Shown: piece after piece, positions 22,101 to 34,100 of the stretch
Layout: every line of letters begins with the position of its first letter
How positions within the stretch are numbered: position 1 is the first letter of the stretch
From: Podarcis cretensis
Taxonomy: Eukaryota
Length of the DNA: 64,000 bases
Assembly (NCBI GenBank): GCA_951804945.1
Contig: OX638152.1
Span: 20,708,001 to 20,772,000, forward strand
Direction of reading: 5' to 3'
Translations under genes and position numbers: made by a program
The notes under the pieces: generated by a model
The model's database searches: none
Told to the model about the DNA's origin: nothing
The model's input: the letters and a program-made list of their open reading frames with translations, nothing else

Positions 22101-25100
22101 AAAGCAGAAGAAGAGTTTCACACTATGGAAACATAAACAATTAGGTAGGAAGAGGAATCATTGGAAGAAAGAATCACTGAGACTTAGGGTATAGAGGTAG
22201 CCAAGAAAAGGTAAGAGACCAAACATGTATCAAGGACAGCAGACAGTTGCAGAGAGAGACAGAGAGAGAGAACTGGGCAGTGAGGAGGTCATCAATTATT
22301 TTTCAAAAGATGGTTTCATTGCAGGAGACAGCAGCTGTATTGGAGGGAATGGAAAGTGAAGTTAGAGAAACAAAGGAATATAGGGGACTGCCTAATACTG
22401 TGTCATATTGTTGCTCTATGTAGCTCAATATGGCCTGTACCAAGGGGGGAGGGGCTGCAGCCCTCCAGATGTTGGACCACAGGTCCCATCATCCCTAACA
22501 ATTGGCCATACTTTCTGGGGCCAATGGAATTGGAGTTTGACAACATCTGGAGAGCCTCAGGTTTTCATCCCATAGCTAAACTCGCTGACTGTGGCTTTTC
22601 AGCTTTTCAGTTTTTGAATCTTATCCAGCCCTGTCAAAAGAACCCAAATCTCTGTGGACTCTACCACAGAGCCATGGCCCCATAGTCTGTAGCCAGTGGG
22701 GATGCTCAAAAGAGTTTGGAGGGAAACAACAGAAGGGAGAGAGGGTGTGGTGAAGAGGAGGGATAATGGTATGGCAGACGGCAACTATGAGATGGGATGG
22801 GTAAAAGAGAGTACATGGGGGAATCAGATGAGGACCACAGAGAAGGCAACTTATTAAGGGAGATCAGGATGGAGTAGAAGCGGAAAGGGTTGAGGGAGGT
22901 GTTGGATAAGGGATGGTTTTAGTGTGAAAATTTTGTCACCTGAAATTCTTATTACAGGATGAGAAATGGAGTAGAGAATTTGATCCCAAGCTTCAGAATC
23001 TTTTACGAGAGTTAGAGGCTGGTTTAGGTTCTGTTCTGAGGAGAACAGATCCTGCTTACGCAGGAGCCAAATACCGGGAAGATGATGTTCAAGGTATGTG
23101 CTTTGACTCTGGTTAGTTGTTTTTAGTTACTGTTGTTTGCTAATGTTTTCAAGGTTTAAAAAAATATTTATGGTTGTCTAGAACTTTTTTAATGTTATAC
23201 CCTGCCCTGGTATCAGTACCAATGAAGAGTGGGGCTTTAGGTTTTTTAAAAAATTAAAAAATACATGAGGCACTTATTTACAGACAGTGGAATGTAAATT
23301 AGAAATGAATCTGTAATTTGTGTGATACAGCAACCTGCCATTCCAAGTGTCACTTGTAAATGTATCCCCTTGATATCAAAGTTCCCTAGACTTTGAAATA
23401 AGCAAATTGAGAATTATGATGTAAGGTTTCAATGCTAGTTACCGTATTTTTCGCCCCATAGGACGCACCGGCCCATAGGACGCACCAAGTTTTTTGGGGG
23501 GGAAAATAAAGAAAAAATTTTTTATTTCCCCCCCAGGCACTTGTGGGGCCAGCAGTGGAGAGAAGCGCTCTTCTCCCCGCTGCCCGCCTGCAGATCAGGT
23601 CCGGGGAGAGCTGGAGGACGCGCTGCTGTCCCCGGATCTTGCGGGGCAGGCAGCGGGGAGAAGCGCTCTTCTTCCCGCCGCCCGCCTGCAGATCAGGTCC
23701 GGGGAGAGCTGGAGGACGTGCTGCGCCTCCCAGCTGTCCCCGGATCTTGCGGGGCAGGCAGCGGGGAGAAGCGCTCTTCTCCCCGCCGCCCGCCTGCAGA
23801 TCAGGTCCGGGGACAGCTGGAGGATGCGCTGCACCTCCCAGCTGTCCCCGGAGCTTGCGGGGCAGGCAGCGGGGAGAAGCACGCATCTCCCCGCCGTCAG
23901 CCTCCAAACCACATCGGGAGACAGCGGGATGGCGGCGTTCCGCCTCCCCGCTGTCCCCCGACCTTGTGGGACTGGCACTGCGGCTCTCCTGAAGCCTGGA
24001 GAGCGAGAGGGGTTGGTGCGCACCGACCCCTCTCGCTCTCCAGGCTTCAGCGAAAGCCTGCATTCGCCCCATAGGACGCACACGCATTTCCCCTTCATTT
24101 TTGGAGGGGGAAAAGTGCGTCCTATAGGGCGAAAAATACGGTAATTCTGAGTCATTCTTCACATTGTATATTTCCATATGAATATATTTTAATTCAGTGT
24201 TGAACTGAGTATAAATTTACTGAGATTTAACAGAAGTTGATTAAATCCTGTAGCATATCTTCAGTCTGTTTCATATACATTAATAGACACAACTCTGAAT
24301 GTTGTATTTGCCGGATTTGTTTCTTTTTTTTTTTACAGCAATACTTTGTCCAAATGACGAGTTTCAGTTCTGGACAGAGCGTGCTCAACGTGGAAGCAAG
24401 TCATCTAGCAAGGAGAGAGCCTCACATTTTAAAGAATTATTTGAAGCCATTGCATATGTGTGTAACTTTTATTTATTCAGTGATGTTCTATATAAAACCT
24501 GCCCCAGTCTAGCACAATAGTCGCAGCCAACAGCTCCACATGCATGCTTGATTACTATTCCCAGCTTTGAGAGATTGAAACCCTCTTTGCAACTTCAGGG
24601 ATTTGACTTCACTGGAGTGTAGTCTTTGCTTGGAAGCATAGTTCAGTGATTTCTTGAAACCGCAAAGAAGGGTTTGAAGGATTGGGTACTCTGCCCATTA
24701 GGAATTTGCCCATTTGAATGTTTTTGCTCTCTACAGAAATCAGCAGGTACTCTCAAATGTTTGAGCTTGTTGTTATCTGGCTCCATTTCAAATATTTAGG
24801 AATAACGTGGGGCAGCACATGCCCTGTGGCACCCAGTGACATCCCTGAGATAGTTGAGAATGTGCATTCATTCATAAACGTTTGGTTGATTGAGCTCTGT
24901 TTGTGAGATGTGGTGGCTAGTGAAGTGGCATGCTGGGAGGAAAGTGGTTACCATTGATAAGCAGCATCTGTGTGGGAGGGGCTCCTGATTTCTTACCTGA
25001 AATGTTGTGAAACAGAGGCATGGGCATGCTAGGTTAGCATTGCCAGCACACAGCTCATAAATGACCAGACAAAGCTATGCAGCTGTTGCTGTCTTGCAGT

Positions 25101-28100
25101 ACTGTCTGGTAAGGGCATTGGGAATCCCCTCTTCTTCTGCCACTTCTTCGTTCACTGCCAGTCACTAGTTGCCATTGTTTCTTAATATAAGCTGCTTCAG
25201 ACAATGCATTTGAAAAATGGGCTACAAATAATTTCAAGAAAATAAAATACATTTGCATGTACTGCATAAAAAACAATATTTTCACAAAAACGAACAGGGT
25301 TGTCAGTTCTTGTTGTATTAGGATTTTACTGCGTGTCATGCCTTCAAAGATGCAAGTCAGCTTTCACTAATCTAGTGGCCTCCAGATGTTGATGAACTAC
25401 AACTCTGGTCAGCCCCAGCCATTGGGTTGGCTGGAGCTGATGGGAGTTATGGTCCAGCAGTATCTGGAAGGCACTAGGTTGGCAAAGGCTGACGTTAAGT
25501 AGTGAGTAAATAACAATCAAAATGGCAAAATCCCAAAGCATTTGCAGTCAAGTTTCTTACACAGTATTTTCATTAAAATATTCATAGGTAAAGTCCCGTG
25601 TAGATTGTAGCCCTGTTCTTTGGGTAAAAAGTTATGTTTTTAAATTACACATTGTATCTCTAGGATTATTACAATTTGGACAGCTTATCTTTATTTGAAG
25701 TTGTGGATTTAGTCGAGACTACACGGGATACTGTAGATGATGTATGGAGACAGCCGGAACATGAACCTTTTCCTCAGCCACGCATGCAAAATCTTTTGGA
25801 TGTCATAGGTAAAGTTGTTTGTAGAGAAACTCAATTGTGATGAACAGATGCTTAAAATATAGGTTGTTGCTCTTTGAGGAATTTCTAGCATTTTGTTTTA
25901 GTACTTATGTGCTTCTCTAGAAGTGTGTGGAGAAGTGCCTGAAAAGGAAAGGTAATATGGAATAAAATTATCTGAACCCGCGTCACTCCTCTTCCTAATG
26001 TATTCTGCTCAGTATGAGATTCCAAGTTGTCTCCAGTGTGTTGCAGATTTGCATGGACTGGACACAGATGCTCTGTGCCTTTTAGGGAATCAGATTTATT
26101 AAATGAGGATACTGGGTATTTGGCAGTTCTGTGTGAACATACCCATAGTCTGCTGAGCCAATGTTAAATATAACGTGAAAATCTGTGGGTTAGCATTATT
26201 CCTCAACCCTTACAAGGATCTTACTGGCTCCTCTACATGTAACCTGTGTGCTGACATGGCTGCTACTCAGAGCTTTCGAGGTAAATCTTATTTGGGTCTG
26301 CCTAGATGTGCCCCAGAATCAGATAAAGACATCTCTAGTTGACCCTTCAGCCCAAGTCATTGAACAATCTGTAATGATGCTTGATGCTCCTCATGTCAAG
26401 TCAAAATCCAGCTAAGATACAATTCTAGTCTGCAACATGGATTGGCGACTATTATCGCTGTACCTTTTGTGGTATTGCTCTGCCCGAACAATCTTCTTCA
26501 CTGTGTTGGTGAATGCAGATTTGGAACAAATATTTCTGTTGAAAGTTTTAAAAAAGATAAAGTAGCAAACAAATGCAGCTATGGCAGGTTTGCCAATTTA
26601 GTGGGGGCGACATTGATTGGGTTGGACTTTGGGGTGGGGTAGTTTTTAGATAATCTTGTACTGGTAGTCAGTTATTAAGTAAAGTATCTGTGTTGTCCCT
26701 TGACTGATGGAGGCTGCATATTACATCCAATTATACGAAGTATTTGACTCAGTGGTATTATTTTTTTTGTGATAGCTGCTTGATACTGACAGCATAAAGG
26801 TGCCATGTTCTGAGCTGAATTATTACACCTGCCTAGTATGTTAAGAAGAAAGGTCTAAAGCCATAAGTAGTGATGGGGAACATTTCTTTCAGCTAGAGAA
26901 GGTACAGCGCTTGTAAGTAATTTTGCACTATCTGTATGTGATTTCAGCTGGCTCTCTTGGAAGATTCGTTCAGAAGAAACTAGGAACGTTAAATCTATGG
27001 GAAGATTCCTTCCACATTGTGAAAGAAAATCTAAAGGCTGGCATCATGATTTGTGAACAATGGGTAGCAGCCTGTGATCACCTTACTGGGCAACTTTGGC
27101 AGCGTTATACCCCACATGTATGGCAAGATGAGAAATACATTCCTGAAATGCTAGGGAAGCTTGGTAAACGACTTGAAGAGGTATCAATTTGCTTTATTTT
27201 ATCTTTTAGGGTGAGGGGGAAGAGTTGAAGCTTTTAAACATAATGCATTCTATTGGGGAGGGCCCATAGCTTAATGATAGAGCAAAGTTCAGTCCCATGC
27301 ATCTCGGAGCAGGTTCTAATAAAGACTTATGTTTGAGCATCAAGCAACTTGATGAATGATGGAGATCCGTGAGTTGCATCTCTATTTTTGCAAAAAGCTG
27401 CTGCAGGGGACCTTATTCAGACTGGAACCCTGATGCTGAAGGGTGGGGGTGGGGAGAAACACTTTTTTAAACCCTTTCCATGTTTGAATTTCTCTAAAGG
27501 GGGCAGCAGAAACTTCATATTTGGGATGATTTTCATCAATAAATTAAGGTGGTGCTGTGAGGAGGAAAAGGTTAATCCTTTCCAGCACTGTTGCAATATT
27601 TAAGCAGGTAAGGGAGATAATCATGGATGCTGATTGGATCTCTAGTGCGGCTGCGAGACCAAGCTGCTGTTGGTCAAAATAGACAATATTGGGTTAATAA
27701 CATCAATGATCTGTCTCAGTATAAAGGAGCTTCATATGGTCAATTCCTAGGATTTTTTTTGGGTCAAAACTGTATTATTGAGAGTTCTATTCTCTTATGG
27801 AATTCCCATTAAAAAGTTTACTCCTGGCCTCAGTGATGTGTTGTTGTATTTATTACTTCAGATAATGCAACATTAATTATAATAAATTATTCTAATTATA
27901 GATATGATCACAAATCTAAATGTTAACATGATAATGGGTTAATGTAATTTTCACTAGATTGAATGCTTTGTTGATAATTTTTAAGAGAAGGTTTTAAAAT
28001 GCTCTTTTATTGCCTCTAGGATTTGTTGCATGCAGTTTTGTTAGTTGATAACCTGTTGCAGGTGAGGGGTTCATATATATATAGTTAAAATATTCCTTTT

Positions 28101-31100
28101 CTCGTATAGGTGCTAACTATTAGAACGCTTCATGAGAAACTTACATATTTTTTGCCAACTGGTGAACAGCAAGCACTGCACCTTGCCCAGGTCTTTGAGC
28201 CCTTTGCTGGTTTGAATCCTGTGCACTATAATCCTTATACAGAGGTATTCACACTTACATCTTACTGTTACACCCCCTTTAGATTGTATGTGATAGTTTT
28301 GATGAAAATGTCCCCAACTAAATGGGTGTTCTTTTTCCCTAGCCTTTATGGAAAGCAGCAGTATGCCAATATGAAAGGATTATTTCTCCTGCAGAACAAA
28401 AAATAGCAAGCAAATTGAAAACATTTATTTCAGAAATTCAAGACAGTCCACAACAGGTATTTTAAAAAACAACAAAAAATGGCATAACTAGGCATTTAAA
28501 GAAATACCTGCTAGAAATAATGGATGCTTCAAGCTTCTGGATTAGGGGGTAGCGGCTGACCTTTTTTGCCTTGTGGGCCACACTGAAAGTCAGCCACCTC
28601 TCTTGAGTGCTGCATGGCAGTAGTGGGGAAGCACAGCAAACATATATGCATTCCTGTACACACAGAGGTGACGCGGGTGGCGCTGTGGGTTAAACCACAG
28701 AGCCTAGGACTTGCCGATCAGAAGGTTGGTGGTTTGAATCCCTGCGATGGGGTGAGGTCCCGTTGCTCGGTCCCTGCTCCTGCCAACCTAGCAGTTTGAA
28801 AGCACGTCAAAGTGCAAGTAGATAAATAGGTACCGCTCCGGCGGGAAGGTAAACGGTGTTTCCGTGCGCTGCTCTGGTTCGCCAGAAGCGGCTTAGTCAT
28901 GCTGGCCACATGACCCGGAAGCTGTACGCCGGCTTCCTCGGCCAATAAAGTGAGATGAGCGCCGCAACCCTAGAGTCGGCCACGACTGGACCTAACGGTC
29001 AAGGGTCCCTTTACTTTTGCCTTTACACACAGATACCTGACAATGAAGAGGCAATATTTTCTCCTCCTCATTGTACTGCTGGGATAGGAGAGGGACTTTC
29101 CCTCCCAGCCCAACTCTGTGATGAAGAGCAAATCCCCTCCCTTATTTACAAAGGCACCTCTCCTGCCCCCTGGCACAGTGCACTTGCTAGGTCTTAACAT
29201 ACAGGAAGACATGTTCCTGTCTGTGCTTGGTGCCACTTGAGAGGGAGAAGAGAAGCCTTTGCAAGTAAGTGAGGACAAGAACTGGTTCTGGGAGGGCTGC
29301 CAGGCCATTGAATTCACAGGCTGCATGTGGGCTGCACATGCATCACCCCTGCTCTAGATAAACCATTCCCTGGTTTTATTTAGGGGCTCACTAGTTAGCT
29401 ACAAAGCTGAAGCATGTGTTGAAAAGTCAAGCTGCTATGCTGGGTGTGTTCACCATTCTCTAGGTGTTGGGTGGGAAGCCTCCAGATCAGTCATGGGTTA
29501 TGGTGTCCACTACCAATTAAAAATATAATAGTTAATGAACACAGTCCATGATGATCCATTGCATTTGGTTTAGTAGCAATTTTTTTTAATGTATATTTCT
29601 AGCTTCTTCAAGCATTTCAGAAATACAAGGAGTTAGTAAGACGCCCAAGCATAAGCAAAGAACTGATTTTAGAAAGAGAAACTTTGCTGGCGAAACTACA
29701 GGACTCGGTCAAAGGTAAGAAATGCAATTGTTACTTTTGAAAATATGCATTGAAATAGTGTAAGGTTTGGTTGTTCATAATGTATCATGTTTGTTTTTCA
29801 ATTGGGATAAATCTAATTGCATGTTTCATGATGTAACCCACACTGAAATCTGCTTGGAGATGAAGAGTAGATTAAAAAGGTTATGAGTGAAAGATCACAT
29901 GGTGAGAAAATCAGGATTGAAATTTTATGAAAAGAATGCATATTCATACTTAAATCTTGCAGTTTAACAAATTCAGCAGAAGCTAGGACATACCAGTATA
30001 GAACTTTATCAAAATGTTAGTCAAACTCAAGCCTTTTTAAGCTGGGCACAAGGAGAAGAAGTTCAGTGATTCTAGAGCTGTCAGTAATATTCACTAACAA
30101 TTTGCTTTTTACTGTTATACAGATTATCAAACAGATTTTGAGGCACGATGCCATGGTACTCCTGGTGAAGCATCAGGACCACTTGCTGGCAAAAATCTTT
30201 CTGAAGTTGTGAATAATATTGTTTGGGTGCGCCAGCTAGAATTAAAGGTACCAATTAAAATAATTAAGCAGATTAAATAAATACATAGAAATTTACAATA
30301 ACATAAAAACACAAAAATACCCAATTCAGCTCAGTATTTGGCACTAAATATCACCACTGTAACCAGAGAATCAAAGAGCCAGTACCNNNNNNNNNNNNNN
30401 NNNNNNNNNNNNNNNNNNNNNNNNNNNNNNNNNNNNNNNNNNNNNNNNNNNNNNNNNNNNNNNNNNNNNNNNNNNNNNNNNNNNNNNNNNNNNNNNNNNN
30501 NNNNNNNNNNNNNNNNNCTCCATAGTTGCTGCCATCTTGATCCCTGTTAATCCAAGTAACAGGGAGAGTATTCCATAATGGAATAGGCTCTCCTCCACAC
30601 CCCCATCAGATGGCATCTACAGGTTATTGTATGGTCAGGAGGGTCCAAATAGATTATTTTGTTCTTTTTTAAAAAACTGCTGTTGTGGGTTCCTCAGTAC
30701 AATAAACTAATGCCAAAGTCCCCTTTTTAAAATTATGTATTTATTTTTACTGCTTGCTTCTCTAGGTACCCTGCTGAGATACAGGAGTACCAAAAATTAT
30801 TTATTGTGGGCTTTCAATATTCATACACTTTTTTATTAAAAAAAGATCTTTCTATATATATTTATGTACTAACCACTCCTGTGAGCCCCTTGCTGTGATT
30901 CTGTGATGCCCCCCTTTTTTGTGACCCATCGATTCACAAAATATGCACACTTCTTAAAATCGGCTACATTGACTTTTACATTGTGACATTCGTCTCCTGG
31001 AGGGTTGACCATGGGTCGGTGTGACCCTCTTATTGAAAATGGCTAGGTACTCCAGTGGTGGTTACATTATTTCAAGTCTCATATAGAACACAATCTAGAT

Positions 31101-34100
31101 TGTGCTCTGTGAGAGAAAATGTAGGTGTACAGCTCTCCACAAGTGTAAGGGAACCTGATAGTTTGAGCAGGTTTAGGCAGTCTGTAGTCTGATATTCTGA
31201 ATAATAAATTATTGTCTACATGCTAAACTACATGTAAACTTCCAATCTTTGAACATTCAAGGTAGATGATGCCATTAAGATCGCAGAGGCCCTTCTTTCA
31301 GACTTGTCTGGATTTCACAATTTCCGACGAACTGCAGATGATCTTCTAGAACATTTTAAAGTATATGAACAGGAACAATTTGATTATTGGTCCAGGGACA
31401 TTCAGGCAGGGTTGTCAAACCCCAAGTCTGGTCTTTGGTAAGTGTAAAAAAAATTGCCTTCAGACTCTTCAATGCTGTGATTCTAAGAGCAACTCTAGAA
31501 CCTGTAGTTAAGCATTTTAGTAGGATAAGGTTTGAGTCAAGCAGGTGCATTTTTAAAAAAGATCTAAAGCATCTCTCTAGAGGACTAAAGAACCCAGGTC
31601 ATGATGGTAGAACTTTTACAGAGTGATTTACAACTGTTGTGGGTGTCCATGCAAATTGCAGATGCGAAAACTAATTTTGATACTTGCTTCTCACTTCTTG
31701 TGCTTCTTGCATGAGGTTCTTCTTCTGAAATGAGCTGTTAAGTTGTAGAGTAGGAAGTAATGGCTTAACGGGGGGAATGGTAATGTTGCTCATCATTGAG
31801 AACAGTGCAGTGACTCCCATCTGTTTTGCTCATAGACCCTTCTCTGCCATGAGGCAGAGTTTGAAGACCTTCACTCTGGCAGCTTATTGTAGGGGACATT
31901 GAACTGAGGGGAACTTGCACTCCCTTGAATGTGCCTAGCAAAGAAAGGAGCAAAAAAGCAGTGTGGCTTCTGTTACTTCACTGAGGAGAGGGGTGAGCCT
32001 CCTTCAGTAGAAATGTGTGTGAAGCACAAATGATGAGTGGATGCATTCCATCGCTTCCACTGAAAAAGCTGTAGCTGATTTCACTGCTTTCCTCATTACG
32101 GGCTGCTTCTTTCACAGTGCTCTGAGCAGTGAGAGGAAGTGCCAGTTCTCACACAAATTCATTCTCACTCACCTGACTGCCTCTACCACCAATTCCTCAT
32201 GCAGGGGAGGGTTAACAGATGGCAGTTACAGAGACGCTAGGTGAGATCCACAGAGGCTGCACTGCTTCTTCCGTGCTTGGGAACCCTGCTCAATGTGAGA
32301 GGATTGGGATCCTAGTTGGTTTGTTGTATGTTGGAGAGAAATAAGGTTAGGGTGGTGACGTAGGCAGAGTAGCTGGACATCCATAAAGGGCTGCCAAAAA
32401 GCGAGGAAGCAGAATAGCCGCCTGCATTCTCAAGTGCCCATGTGAAATAAGGAAGCCACGACTGCGGCACTTTCTTAATCCTTCCAACCAAAAGAGGAGG
32501 TAGCAGCGGTAAAAATGTTTGGCTTGAACAGTATATTTTATGCCTTTGTTATAGCTGTGGCTTAGAATGGAAACAGCTGACATAGGTGATAGCCAGTTCA
32601 GCCCCTACATTCCAGTTTATAGTGCAGGCTATATTGCTACTGAAAAATAATGTCTAGTAATGGAAATGTTTTGGTTTAGCTTACAGGCCAGCAGTCCTGT
32701 TATGGAACTTGATCACTCTGACGGAGCATTAAAAATACATTATTCGGATCGCTTGGTGGTGCTCCTAAGAGAAGTGCGTCAACTGTCTGCGCTTGGCTTT
32801 GTTATTCCTGCCAAAATACAGCAAACTTCAAGCACAGCACAAAAATTCTGCAAACAAGCAGTTATTCTCAAGCAGGTATGACACCACGAGCTAGAAGTTC
32901 TGACTCTACTGAGCACTGTCAATCTGAATGGATTGGTTCTATCTAGGATGGGACTCATGATAAATTTACCTTGAGGGTCTGCTTCTGTTACAATTTATTT
33001 TGTGAGAGTATGAGTAGGGAGTAAGTTCAGCCCCGAAAGGTGTTAAAATTGAATCTAGTTCTGAAACCGAATCAAAGGGTATGGTGCAATTTGAACTAAA
33101 CTTTGCACCCAAACGTAGATGTGCGGTTTATTTCTCTGTACCAGATGTAAATTACAGTAATATTTGTCAAATGGTGGTCCTCAGTGCTCACTGCATCCTC
33201 TGTTGTCTGCCCTTCCAACTGGCAGTGCTGCAGCCTTTTGATTCCCCGAATGCCAAGTACATAGTTATGTGCGGGAGGTGGTTAGAGAGTAAGGCTGTAG
33301 CATGGAAATTTGGAGGGATGAGAAGAAAAGAAAGACAGGAAACAGATGATAGAGAAATGACGTCTGAGAGAAATAATGGAAAGTGGAGGTAGAGTGCAAA
33401 AAGGATGGATGGACTGAGAAACAGGACAAGAGCCTGGGATTTCTGCTGTGCCTTCTGCTTCTGTCACACAAACAAGTGCTCCCTTTTACCCGCCTGGTCT
33501 TCTGTTGACTACTTCTGCAGTAACAGCTATCTGCTATCTGTCAGAACAGCCTGGTTTTGGGCAAGAGTGTATGTGGGGGGGGGGGGCAAGGTGGGGGGGG
33601 GGGGAGAAAAGATGGAACTGAGTAAATGTGGTTGGGGGACAGGGAAGATTGCAGGGGAATGGTCTCTCTTCTTCAGAGAAAGGACCAGAGGAGGCACTGA
33701 AGGAAATTTGAAAGATAGAAGTTAATATTTAAAAATAAATAAAAATGAAGTGAGAACAGAGAGGGATAAGAGAAGGAAGTTGTTATAGTAGGAAGAAGTA
33801 TGTGAAAGACGCAGAGAGGATGGATGAAAGAGAGCACCATGGAGATACAGTGGTGCCCCGCAAGACGAATGCCTCGTAAGACGGAAAACCCGCTAGACGA
33901 AAGGGTTTTCCATTTTGGAGGTGCTTCGCAAAACAAATTTCCTATGGGCTTGCTTCTCAAGACGAAAATGTCTTGCGAGTTCCTGCGGGTTTTTTCCCCT
34001 CCCCCCCTTTTTCTAAGCCGCTAAGCCGCTTATCAGCTGATCTGCTAAACCGCTTATCAGCTGATCTGCTAAGCCGCTTAACAGCTGATCCACTAAGCCG

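Noticed and set aside
23386-24177. Overlapping 149-263 aa ORFs on both strands
   Set aside because: They arise from a GC-rich tandem array with a period divisible by 3 inside a MITE. There are no transposase motifs.
30387-30517. Missing DYNC2H1 exon hidden in the N gap
   Set aside because: Exons 10 and 11 join in frame with a continuous dynein sequence.
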